Assembly (NCBI RefSeq): GCF_964355755.1
Contig: NC_092674.1
Span: forward strand, 26,350,001-26,414,000
DNA length: 64,000 nt
Source: Antedon mediterranea
Taxonomy: Eukaryota > Animalia > Echinodermata
Reading direction: 5' to 3'
Position 1 is the stretch's first letter. Each line of letters begins with the position of its first letter. Under the pieces are notes generated by a model. That model was not told where the DNA came from and ran no database searches. It worked only from the letters and a program-made list of their open reading frames with translations. Positions 40,266 through 53,500 of this stretch are shown one piece after another. The translations under genes were made by a program, and so were the position numbers.

Positions 40266-43200
40266 TTACTGTTTGAGAAAGTAACAGAACAAGGCAGACA
40301 TCACAGTTAACCAACTGGTCAGGTAGACAGAGACGCTGGCACTCGGGTCGCCAAAGGGGTCTTCTTCTGGAAATAAAAAAAAAGATACAGATGTTACAAG
40401 CAACACTGGCATAAATCAGCAGCATCTCAAATTGCAATAGACTTATGTTAACAGTATCACCATCATCTGATAGTAATCATTCTCATAATATCACCTCACT
40501 ATCGTCAAAGAATGGACCAAACTAACTCACTGCAAGACACAGAGGATGACGGAGGACAGGGCCACATGGAGGAGAGTTGTTAAATCATCTACGAAGTCCC
40601 AACAGCCCCCAAGCGGATATGGGCGAAGTACGTAAGTATCATTCATAATCATCATCAATGCACCAATCACCATCAGGATCACCATCAGGATCACCATGAC
40701 GGCCTCACCACCAGCACATTTACCCTTTAGAACTATCGTGACGGCCTCGCCACAGCACATACATCACGACATCCTCAATACCACAACATTCTCATCACCA
40801 GCCCCAACATTGATCTCAACAAACATGACGTTCTTTAGTTCCACGGACTATGGACCTACCTTCGCAAGGCGTGAAACATATTTTTTCTTGCGTTGACTTT
40901 GGTGTGGCAGTATGGAAACCAGGTTGTCCATCGTTCACAGGACCACCTACATCAGGCATTAGAAGAAACACGCACTCTCCGGACAGACGAACATCCTACA
41001 ATATATGTGTTAAAACATCCTCAGTATCAATCAATCAATAAACTATATGTTCTTTAAAAAAATATAATAAAGCGCAAAATGTGATGTGCTCATATATGCA
41101 CATGAAGTCAATGGATCAGAAACATTAGCAGTAACAGTGTATTACCTTATCATCTGATGTCATTCCATTCTTGGTAAACTCGAGCGAGAGTACGCCATTT
41201 GTGTATTCAGCAACCATATCTTCTACATCTTGCTGTGTATCTGCAAGCACATTGCTTCCTTTATCTCCCAAGAAAAAGTCTTGGACTGCTCCTCCATCAT
41301 CATTGTCTACCCAGCCAAGCACTGCATCAGATCCAATCTAATAAATGTGTATTTCATTAATTTGGATCAGACTAATAATATAAAGAATTACTTTGACTAT
41401 TATAAGGTGCGTTCCTATATTCTTACCTATCAATATTAATACTTTGTGTAAAATAAAAAAGTGTGATTTTAAAAATCACGAACAGAATTAATTTTACATA
41501 CACAATACATACAATAAATATGTTGAGGTTCCTATCTATAAAGAATGCTTCTAATTTTGACTAATATTAAAGCTTGGTTCCCACAAGGACGTAACGCAAG
41601 GACGTCAGCGTGTTGACCAATAACAAACGACAGTTAATGATCTATGATCGTGTCCTGATTGGTGAAATTACCTGTGTTGCGTGGGAACCAAGCTTTATGC
41701 AGCACGCATACGCATGTGCGTAGTTAGCGCGCCATTTAACATACGGCATATAGTTGTTACCTACCATTTGTCCATTTGGAGAAAAGCCAACACCAGACCA
41801 CATGCCATCCTCCACTTTTGCTGTGACTCTAAACCTGATGTCATTTGTGCCATCCAGCAATGTCCACTCTACCTTGTAGTCACATGCGGAGCCAGTGCAA
41901 CCGGGTGGAAGAGATACCATATCACTGCATTCACTTGACTCAGGATCAACTGTTAAATTAAAAATGTAAAATATGTAATAAAACGATGTTTTTATGTGAA
42001 ATTTGAACAAAATAAGTCGGTGAGCAGCAGGACTAAAGAAAAGAGGAACATTAATGGAGGAAAGTAATTTGTATGAGATGTTTCCTTTACCATTGTATAC
42101 AACTAATAGTATGGTTTCGCTAATATCTTAAGAGTTTGAAATAAATACTTTCTAAAGTAAAAACTGCCTAAAGGGCAACTCAGACAGCGTCGTACCACAA
42201 GGCCCAAACGAGTCGTCTCGTCTGAAGAAAATTAAACATGTTTAAAGTTCTCCCGACGACCTAAAACTACGCCCAACGCTATCTCAAGACGACTCGTTCG
42301 ATGCTGTCCCAGTTGGCCTTAACTAACTAAATTACAACAGTAATGGTCATATCATACCAAAAGATTCATAGTAGCAAACCGGTTGAGAAAGCATGCAATA
42401 ACATGATACTTACCAAAAAAGTTGAGATCTTGAACTCTTCCTCGCTGCTCGTTATGTGTTCCATGGTATTTAAGTTCATCTTGTCGATAATAGTCATCAA
42501 TAGATGCGGTGCAAGCTTCTATACTGCTAGCAGGCGAATGCACATACGCTCCATACTCTTGTCCTCTTGCCCATATCACGGTCATCGGTTCGTTCATTAT
42601 ATCATGGTCAGCCGGGTCAGAGTCTAATAAATACAGAAAACGGTTTAGCTGACTAATTTAGAACCAACACTATAGATTGATTGATTGATTGATTGAAATT
42701 TATATTTATACTGGATAACCTCTTCAGTCGAAGACTGGTCTCCCAGAGGGCCCAGTTAGTGATCAGTGGCTGTGATGTAGGCTACTAATACACCGGGGTA
42801 ACCCCCTACTCGTCTCAAAAGATGTACTAGGTTCTTTAAAGTGCACACGAGCTAGATGTGTACACTGGACCTACAGTTTATAGTCCTTATCCGAGAAGAC
42901 TCGTTCTACCACCAGAACCATGGAGTGAGCGAGCCTCGAACCCCTGCCAATGTTATGGCTACGTAATTACGGTTCCACTGTCTTAACCGCTCGGCCACTC
43001 ACTCACTCACTCACTAGAAAACGATATCTCAAACGGTTTGGAAAACACAATATTTACTTGGAATTGCATTACTCAGACTTTTTTGTATGGATAAACATGT
43101 TGCTGTGTATAGGCAGAAGTAACAGATGAAACTTTTAATATTCAAATCAATGGATATCTAAAGTCTAAAGCCTTGTCTACACTATCAAACTTTATGTGAC

Positions 43201-44512
43201 AAAAATGTGATGTGCACATATATGGACATGATGATGAAATAGCACTACTATGTTTGGTCATATCACTATACCATATTAGGGCACATCACACTTTTTTTGT
43301 CAAACTAGTTTGATAGTGTAGACAGAGCTTAAGCGCGTCTCAAATAGCATAGTTCATGTTTTAAAAGCCATTCAGCAGGCGACGTTTGATTTAAAATTGA
43401 AAAACCCAAGTTTCCTTACCTTGTAGTTTCTTTCTGAACACAATTGTGGTCGTTCCGTCCTCTTCTTTTCCCCCAGCAGCAACTAAATCGTCAGTTCCAC
43501 CATACATGCTGTCTCTAAGAGGTGTTGAACGATCGAGAGTGTAATAGTCAGCAATATTGCTAGTTGTTCCATGAGCCATACCAATCACAATATCCATGCA
43601 GTCCATAGGATGGAGTGGTCCTGTGTGTATAGAGCAAATGCATTTAGTGCAATTCATACCTATTTTTATTTTTTCCTTTCAGTAATAGATATAAATAACA
43701 AAAGGAGAGCCAAAAGCTGTCAAAGATATACTCTCGTCAAAGGCCGTGTCTCTTTCACTAAAAACTTGTGGTGTGAAAAGCTCTTGTTTTACATATTTTT
43801 TGTTTGTTTGTTTGTTTTGTGTTGCATTAGTCTCAAAGTAAAACAATTGATGAGGTGAACAACATCGTCCTAGCCTAGAGTTAGTTTTAAAAATCATATA
43901 ATGGAAACCGTATTACCTCCTGCTGGAGCTTCTCCTTCGGGTTCCGCTTCTCCTTCTCCTTCTGGTTCTGGTTCTGGGGTTCCTTCTCCTTCTGGTTCTG
44001 GGGTTCCTTCGGCTTCTGGTTCTGGGGTTCCTTCGGCTTCTGGTTCTGGGGTTCCTTCGGCTTCGGGTTCTGGGCTTCCTTCGGCTTCGGGCTCTGGGCT
44101 TCCTTCGGCTTCGGGCTCTGGATTTCCTTCTCCTTCGGGCTCCGGGCCACCATTACCTCCATTCGACCCACAATTTGTGTCTCCTGTATACTTTTCCCGA
44201 ATGACGATTTCATTTCCAGATTGACGTCTTCGTCTGTTATTCGTCTGCATAATACAATAGACAATATTAGAGTAACTAGCAGTAGTAGTTGAACCAGTAG
44301 CAACAACAGTAATAATTATAAAGAAATGAACAGGAACTTCAGTTAAAATTACTGGAGACTTACCTCGGCTTCTGGTTCAGGCTCTGCATCGCCGCCTTCA
44401 ACCCATCCGTCACCAAACGCGTCTTTACATGTGTCCGTTAGACCCGCTGGTCGCCATCCAATACCTAGCCATGTGTTTGTCTTGGCTTCCACTGCAATCT
44501 CAATCTCGTCCT

Positions 44513-44544
<32 letters not shown>

Positions 44545-47500
44545 ATTAATGAATATTAGTTTATTTGTATCAAAGCAAATAATTACTTTACTGATGATTA
44601 AGTTATCGCCTTTACATGTCTTTTTTTTTAAAGCCAACCGTCTGTTGGATTAATAGATCTAATTACGTTCAAGTGGCGAATGAGATTTTGTTATATCAAG
44701 TGCTTGACCATGGAAGACGTTTTCTTATCCTTTGAAGATTCAAGATCGCAAAAGTTCCGGAAAATATCAATTAATAACATTCGGTTTTTTTGAGATAGAA
44801 TAATACATACCTCAAGAATTCGATAGTAAAGTTTAATTTCGTCGTTGATCATTCTTTTAAAGAAAAGGTTTTTGTTGATGTTGATGGTGAAATCAGACGG
44901 GTTTTCTAAAAATAATAAATACAAATGTTATGATAGAATTTGAACAAACCCGCCAAACAAATTCCCCCAAGGCATCATGATCTATACCGTATAGGCCTAT
45001 ATATATTATTTTATTATAATCAATCAATCAATCAACAACATTTATTTAGAAACAGCATACATTAATTACAATAACTATTAAATGGTAACATTAAATATGA
45101 ACTGTTTCTGGGATAAAAAAAAAAAGAAGTACCAAGTCTTCAAAAATGAAACGGCATAAACTACCTTTTTCACATTTTATGCCAAAGAATCCATCTTCAC
45201 AATAACACTGTCTTTTAGGATAACTGGTTGCCAGTATATCATGGCATTGTCCGTGATCGTTGCAGTCTGCTGTATTGGCACATATATCTATAAAAAAAAT
45301 GAATAAGTGAATACACAAATACAAAAGAAATAAACTAGAAAGGTACAAAATCTAAACATTCTAATTAATTAACTTTAATTGTGTAAATAAAAATAGCTTT
45401 CAGCCCCTTTTTAAAATTCTAAACAGAACTAGAATTTAATTCGTCACTTTGACGAATTATAGGTGATCATTTTTATCATTTTAATGAAATTAACATTTTT
45501 TAAACATGCATGTACGTTAACATACGATCGTAAAAAGTTGATGTACGCCATCCTATGACATGATGCATACGCTTATAGTGCTGAGTTGTGCCTATCATAT
45601 GCCATATACAATATGTAGAGTATATACTGTATAGCATAGGTCAAATTACGGGACACACATCATGTTCTAATTTTTTGGTATGATGGAATTATCAAAATAA
45701 ACTCAAAGATGACAATTTCGAAAGATAATGAATTGAGCAAATAAATATACCGAGTATACCCAACAAAAATGTTTCCAGACTCTATCTCTATCAAGTCTCT
45801 GATGATACATGTGTAGGCCTAACTGTATAGACTTTCTTGGTGAGTTTTAAAACTTACCTTCGTACTGACAGTATTCGCCGAAACTCAGACGATTGCACTC
45901 GCATTTTCCATTAGTACATGTACCTCGATTGGAGCAAGGTGTCTCATCTCCAACTTTGTTACACATTGCCGTGTCTATAAAGAACAAACGTATGCGTAAA
46001 TTAAGCCCTCAGAAAATTAGTGAAATATTTGGTAAAATTCAGAGAGCGACATAGGGCGTGCTGTTTAACATTTTAGTCCATATTGAAGAAAACTCGAGAT
46101 TTTAATCAATGTATGCGAGGTTAGCAAATATATTAAATTTACTGAAAATCAAAAGACCTGTTGGTAGGCCTACCGGTATTGAAGAAAAGAAAATCAGGAA
46201 GATAATTTTAAATGTGTGCAAACAAATAATTAATAGGCCTACAAAGCATGTCAAGTAATAGTGTATTTTAGTGGGAATTATAAATAATGGAAGGGAATAG
46301 ATTGTGGATTGTTCTTACCGTCAATGAGGAGGTCTGCGCATGACCAAAATAAGTATGGTACGTCAGGGTTGTTTGTAAGCCATTCGGCGGCGTGTCGTAC
46401 GATACGTAGCGTTGCGTTTCCCATTACATTCGCTGGGATGGTGACAGTTTGTTGAAGTTTGCTATAGTGTATAATTAACATAGTTTATTCACACAAAGCA
46501 ATAATATAAAAAAAAAGTATAAATACATATAATGCAGTAGATATATTTTTGTGCCATTGTGTCTGGAGAGGCCAACTAAGCTCACGTTGAACACTGATTC
46601 AACCAGGAAAACATACACTATAATAAGTTGGTGTAATAAAATCAAATAATGAGATTCGGATATTAATTTTGATTTTGTTAAAACGTATTTCAGTGGAAAA
46701 TCTATTTTTCCTATCCAGTTAAAGTACACATAATTGTTTAATACAAGTCAGCTTTATGCTGTTTTGAGTCACCCTCAGTGAACAAACTTGTAAAAATAAC
46801 CCAGTGCAATAATATTGAGAGGAGATGGTAGGCATATTGAACTTGGTAGAAGAAAATCATAGTATTTAAAACAATTTTCCATTGTTCATCGTTGTAAAAG
46901 AATGGGAATGCAGCAGCGTTCTAAGCTATACAAAATTCTGTTATTTTAATCTCCAACATGGTACTTTAAAACCAACGTATGCTGAATGTACATATGTCCA
47001 TATTGTTTCCGAATTAATTGTTTCTGATTAATATTATTTATATAAAACAAATTATTTACGTTGCATCATCTACGGATATAAATTCACCTCCAGGTTCTGT
47101 TAAATTGTACACCATACCATCTTGCATGAGTTCAATATAAAAACCACCCTGTAAAAGATAATGATAAACAGATAGTGTTTACTTTATTAATACTGTAAGT
47201 GTTATTAATTAAAACCTTAGCTAAAGATAATCTACAATTATTATTCAGAGAGAAAATGCCAACAAAAAGTACTTGATTCGTCCACTTTTGTGCCTTGAAA
47301 AGGAAATGATCACAACACAATTAATTGGTCCAATCACAAGCGAAAACTCTGATGATCCACAGCTTGCGATTGGTCAACCTGCGTTACCCCGTTACTAAAT
47401 TAAGTGCAATTGATGTTTACACATTGCATACAAGGTGTTTCATCGTGTTTTAATATACATACTACGATGGTTCTATAGGCAAAAGTTCAGTAAAATAAAT

Positions 47501-50500
47501 TCAAAACAGATATCGATTAATCGATATTAATACGATTGTATTTATGGAACATCTGCTTTTAGTATAGATATTAAAAGGTAGGTTATAGGCAGGTAGTTCC
47601 CCGCTACCAGGTAAACAAACTGCTTAACGACAGCGATCGTGTGAAACTGTGTTGGGAATTGTTATTTGTCAATGCCATTACCGTTGAAGCTTTACCAGTA
47701 ACACATTTTATCAAGATAATTAGGTACAGCTATTCAACAATCAAACAAAATACTTATTTGGTTTGGAGAGGATTATCGTGTAGTGCAAAATAAATCAGAC
47801 ACAAATAGTCCGATTATTAACATAATTTATGAAGATAAAATTACCAGCAATTACTATATTACGAAACCTTCTTGGTTTCAATTACTAATGACAAAAGAGT
47901 TCTTCAAGATAATTACTGCTGGTTGATATATAGCAATCATTGTTGATCAATAGAATAATTTGCGACTATTGTACTTTTCACGTATTTCAGAAAAAGCTTA
48001 TGTCATAACAAAATAATAACACGACATATTACGTAAATCAGAACTTGTCCTTCTCTCGAAGGCCATCACAATGAAACATTTCCTAAATAATAATAATAAT
48101 CTACGGATGACTTAATTCAGGAATTCATCCCGTATATATACCCTAACATGGTCTTATAATTTATTCACGCTTCAGTACCCCCAATGCCGTAACGATTTCA
48201 CATTTAATCAATAAATGGAACCGCTCCTGCATGCAATGTTATTATATACAAATTATTTATAACCTTGAATAAACCTCCTTGTGTGTATTGTATATAATAT
48301 TGACGTAGGTGCTATTCAAGTCACCTAAATTCTTTCAATAAATTCAATAGGGTACCCAGGGTAGCATACTAAAGCTGCCGACAAGTTAGGCCTACCATGT
48401 TGAACGACATGGCAACAATCCGGAACGTTGTTGGAACGGGCCAAAGAGTTTCAATCCAGTACCTCCGACCCAGGATTTGAGAGTTGCATAGGCCTACCCA
48501 TAGTCAATCGGCTACAACGTATTCGTTAATTCGGTAATCAGTAATTATTAGGTCAAGTTCGAGCTCATTAATCGTTTATGGTATGAATTGTGGGAAATTG
48601 CAACTGACATTATTTCCGCTAATCCGAACGTCACATTGAAACACTCGTTATTATATCAGGTTTAATACACTTTGAATTTATATACTTTTAGTTTTGGTTA
48701 ACAAAGGTAATTTAATCTTGCTACTTTAAACATAAAATACAGGCAGCAATAATATATAGTACGGGTCATGTAATGCTAATTATATTATAAAAGGCACAAC
48801 AATTTGTGTCTGTAGAAAGAAACACATTTGAGCCCAAATTGATTTATTTCGTTGTGAAGTTTCGAATGCACAATTGTATAGAAAATATTAAATAATAAGA
48901 AAATATTAAAAACAAGAAAAATGTATGATTCCTGAGACAGCGGTTGTCATCATATTCTACAGTATTATCAGGGTGGTGTCAGTGACATTACACTTTTGTT
49001 TTCATGTTTACCAATTGTCCTTAATGAATTGAGATTTCATTTAAAAAACTACAATGACTGTACTTTAATAATTAGAAACTATTGAATATGTATTATATAT
49101 GTTATTTTACAAGTTAACCTCTGTCTACACTATATAAAACTTCATGAGACAAAAAGTGATATCTTATTAATACCATATTTGGGCACATTACAATGTTGTT
49201 GTCATACAGTTAGATAGTGTAGACCGAGTTTAACATATAAACAGAAATCTTTACTAATCTTCATTTTAATTTTAAAGTTGTTGGTCTTTTGACCAAAAAA
49301 GGTGTATTTCTGTAAGTTATTAATATAGCCTAAATTTAACTCGGTTTTATTTCTACAAAATACAACTGCGTCACACGATTATATCTTGAGAGTAATTATT
49401 ACTCCATGATTATATTATTCACTGTAAAAAATGCTGTATTGTGTAGTTACCATGGCGATGTTTTTATTAATGTCTTTAAACGTGGAAATGATATTATGGA
49501 TGTCGTCATTTTGTTTGTTATTCCAAGTTATTAGAAATAGAGAGCTCATCTCAGCAATAAGATCTAATATACCTTCCGGCATTGTTGACTAAATTATTCT
49601 TGAGAGCATTGAACTAAATTACTGTGCAAATGAAGATGTTATATAAATAGAAGTGGATACGAGTCTTATTTTGCCATTTACTCTACAATAACAGAAATTG
49701 ATCAAACTCATCAAAAATTATCATCCTTATTAACAAATATAACCCTACGTATTAACGTATTAAATAAATTTTGTTCAATTATTTGTTTAATGTTTATTTT
49801 TCAATTTCTGTTGCCACTGTTACATGATCTACCACAATTTTACGGTTATTAATGTGTTTTTTATAGTTTTGAAGTCTGTAGGCCTACGCAAAATAGAACA
49901 AAATCGTATTTTAGTGTGACCTCTGTATATTCTGTTTCTTTTTTTTCTAAAATAGGCCTAAAGATTATCAATTCAAATATAGTTTACATTAGAGGCGTTG
50001 GCGTATAAGATTACAAATTCAAACAATCGCATAGTGTCATTAGGACACAGCGTAAGATATATATGGATTGAATGTAAAAGAAGTTTGGTTATCGCCGGGA
50101 ACGCAACGCAGCGACACACCGTAACCGCCAAATACTTGCGGAGCGCTTACGTCACTGCGCTGCGTAGTGTGGACACTAATCTTAACGAATCATAGAGCAG
50201 ATTATTTATAAACACCTGCATAAACCGTTTGTTGTTTCTATTTATATAGTATTAAGTAAAGTAAAATGCTGGTAGTGGTTCTTGACAACTTACCCGATGC
50301 GCGTATGAAATGTGCCACGTGACATTTATTTCCTGTCCAGGTTGCAACGCAGTTACTGGATCACCAGGGTCTGAAAATAAACAAAGTACCGTCAATATTA
50401 AATGAACAATACAATTTCAAGTAACATTAGATAAACATAGATTGTCAATGAAGAAACAGTAGCTTTTGAAACTTAAATTGACATAACAATGATGACGGAA

Positions 50501-53500
50501 TTTGTCAACATAAATCAATCGATATTACATCGATATTTTACTGTCTATCTGCATGAAATGTTTGTGGAAACATAATTGTAGGCTAACACCCGAGGTGCCT
50601 AAACAAACCTTCTCGTACTAGTTCGAGCTAAATGAAATGAACTTCAACGAAATATGCGATTAATCAAGCCGATTTTGACCATTTTTTAAAGTCTATCAAA
50701 GCGCTAAATCGTAGATTTGAAACAGTATCAATTTTACTGAGGATTCATTCTATTCGTTCCTATCTAGAAATGTTAATTTATGACATCGGTATTAAAAACA
50801 TTCATGAAAAGTATAATATATATTGTATATCCAAAACATGAGCAGCCATTAGGGTTATTTAGTGGACATTTTTAAAATGTTACAAATGTTTTTTATTGCT
50901 ATGTGAAAGAAAAAAGTTTGAATTGACTTTATGCGATCTTTGTCCACTCTTTCCATATTATTAATTTCATCAGCGTCACAGGGCGTTTAAACGTTCTCTA
51001 TTTCCGGAACAATCTCACCCTACTCGTTTTACTTGCTGGTCAGTGTACCTTAAGTAATTAAATTGTACTATTCATTTGCATTTTACAATCAATTAAACTA
51101 CAATAATGTCTCGGCACATTGAAATCGCTTTCTATTATCACCATTATTATTATTATGTTATTATGATAACGAGACAGTTTGCACTGTTCCATTTACCAGT
51201 TCTTCAAAGTGCTGTCAGTTCACTATTATCATAGACGTTTAATAATAATAATATAAGGTACATGCTATTATCATCATTCGTGTGAACGATATTCAAAGAT
51301 GGACTTATGAAAGGTTTATGATCCAAACACATCAATGGATAGAATATATTAATGTTTATCGTTGTTATTCGCTTCGTTTGCTGTAGTTAAAACGGTTCAA
51401 TAGGACCATTGTTCCAAAAAATTGGAGCTGCAGGGTAGATGGTACTCGTAAACTGACTCGTTAAACTTGTCTGGTCCATGACTACCTAATATAATAACAA
51501 GATTTCTTCAATAATCCTTCCTTTACCAAAACATATCTCCTAAGTCTACACAACAATTAAAGCAAACTAATAACAAATTTTTATTAATTTTCTAAAGATA
51601 GATATAACTTTTTTTTTTTATTTAAACTACTCTGAAGAATATTTCTACTAATGTAGGCCTAGTTTGGCTTTTTCTCCTTTAGGCCTATATTATTTCTGTA
51701 ACTATAGGCCTAAGGGATAATGGAATGGATAATCCGTGATTATACAAAAGTTACAATAACAATTTTTTACAGTATTTGAAAGAATGAAAAACAACAAAAG
51801 ATAAGCTATAATCCTTGTGATAATACAACATTGAAAAAAGTAAAGAAATAATAGCTAAGCTCGGGTGTGGCTGCATAATGGGGACAGGGATATAGGCCTA
51901 CATCCGGTCGGTAATCGTCAGATGGGCACTACATGTCAAGAATGATTCGACATTATTGTCAAACGGTCGTACTTGCCCCTTTTTTATCGGTAACAATAAT
52001 GAACAAAAAACATTTTAATTCAAGATTTCACGCGTATTACGTCGACCTTGACTTTGGAAAAACTCCTTACCTAGGATAAACGTGGAATAGAAAAGTGTTT
52101 AGTCACTTAAATCGGTACAAAGCAATGGAATTTGGAACAAGATCGAATTATTAACTAATTGTACTATTAGGGCTTACTATAAAAGTAATTATATCTATTG
52201 ATATTACCTCATTTAACCAGGGAAGAGTGAGATTTTCATTTGCTGTGAAAATTCATCTCAAATTCCTGAAAAATATGCTGACTTACAAATTTGGCTGAAT
52301 ACATGAGTATTTTAATGGTCTTATTGTTGAATGCTTACTCTAATATAACTATGCATAATACGGTACCGTATAGTATACTGCAAAAATGTAGACAAATCTT
52401 GTACATTCATTTAAATGTTTACCAAAGAAGGGACATTATTGATGGTTTTCTATGGTTTAATTGTTAAAACTTTCCTTTACAACCTCCAAGTGTCATAATA
52501 TCCTTATAAGGGAAACGAACTATAAAAGAGGACCTCGGAACAACTTATAAAAGAAATGAAATTTTAACAAAAAGCATCTCGTGACGGCTTTTTGGAGTGT
52601 TCGAAGGACTTTTGTCGAGGTCAAATGTCATTGATCGATGGTCAAGTTTGTGCTTAATGATTTCTATTCTTTATAGATATAAGGACATAATTACAGTAAC
52701 AAAAGTGGAGTAGGCCTACAGTAATAAGAAATGTATTGAATGAGTCACTGAATAAAGAGTACATACTGAAGAAAACTTCATATTCTGCAGGTTTTGGTAG
52801 AAAGAAAGTTACATTAATATATATTACAACATTATAACTCATGATAGGCCTATTAATTAGGCAAAAATGTTACAAATTATGACGTCACCTCCAGACAAAC
52901 CATGCCTTATAACATGGCATCCCGTATCACGAACAAAAAAAAAACAAAAATGACGGTTGAACTGATCGGGTTGTAACTAACTCCCTGAACTGATGCAGCA
53001 GGCATTGTTGGAAAAGTATTAACGTCACACTTTGTTGCAGTAATACAGTTTTATCTTGCCTAATTGATAATAACAGTGTTATTTGCCATGTACAAAGGAA
53101 GATCTTAATCCCGCAACAAAAACCGGGGTAAAATTTACACTCGTATTCACCTGGGTTTAGATTTAACACCTGAAAAGAATGTTACGTAACCAGTTGTTGT
53201 TACTTTCTGCACATTCCAATGTTGAACAGACCGATTTCAGGGAATTTGCATTTTGTACCGTAGAAGAGAAATGAATGATAATATTATTATACAAGTATTT
53301 ATAACATTCATGTACTACGGTATAGGCTCGAAGTGAATGTGTAAATACTGCCCGTCAAAGTTGGCTATAAGGTTACATGATTACTACTATGCTAATTTTA
53401 TTCAAAATACAGTATAATGTTTAACGACCAAGTAGGCTGTGGAATAGCATCAAACGCATAAACACACATAATCGATGATATGGTTTTACCAACGACTACC

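Noticed and set aside
43887-44306. Alternative-frame ORFs (SPKPKE repeats; antisense SGSGVPS)
   Set aside because: Shadows of the coding 24-bp repeat; only the PEPEAEG frame fits the exon phases.
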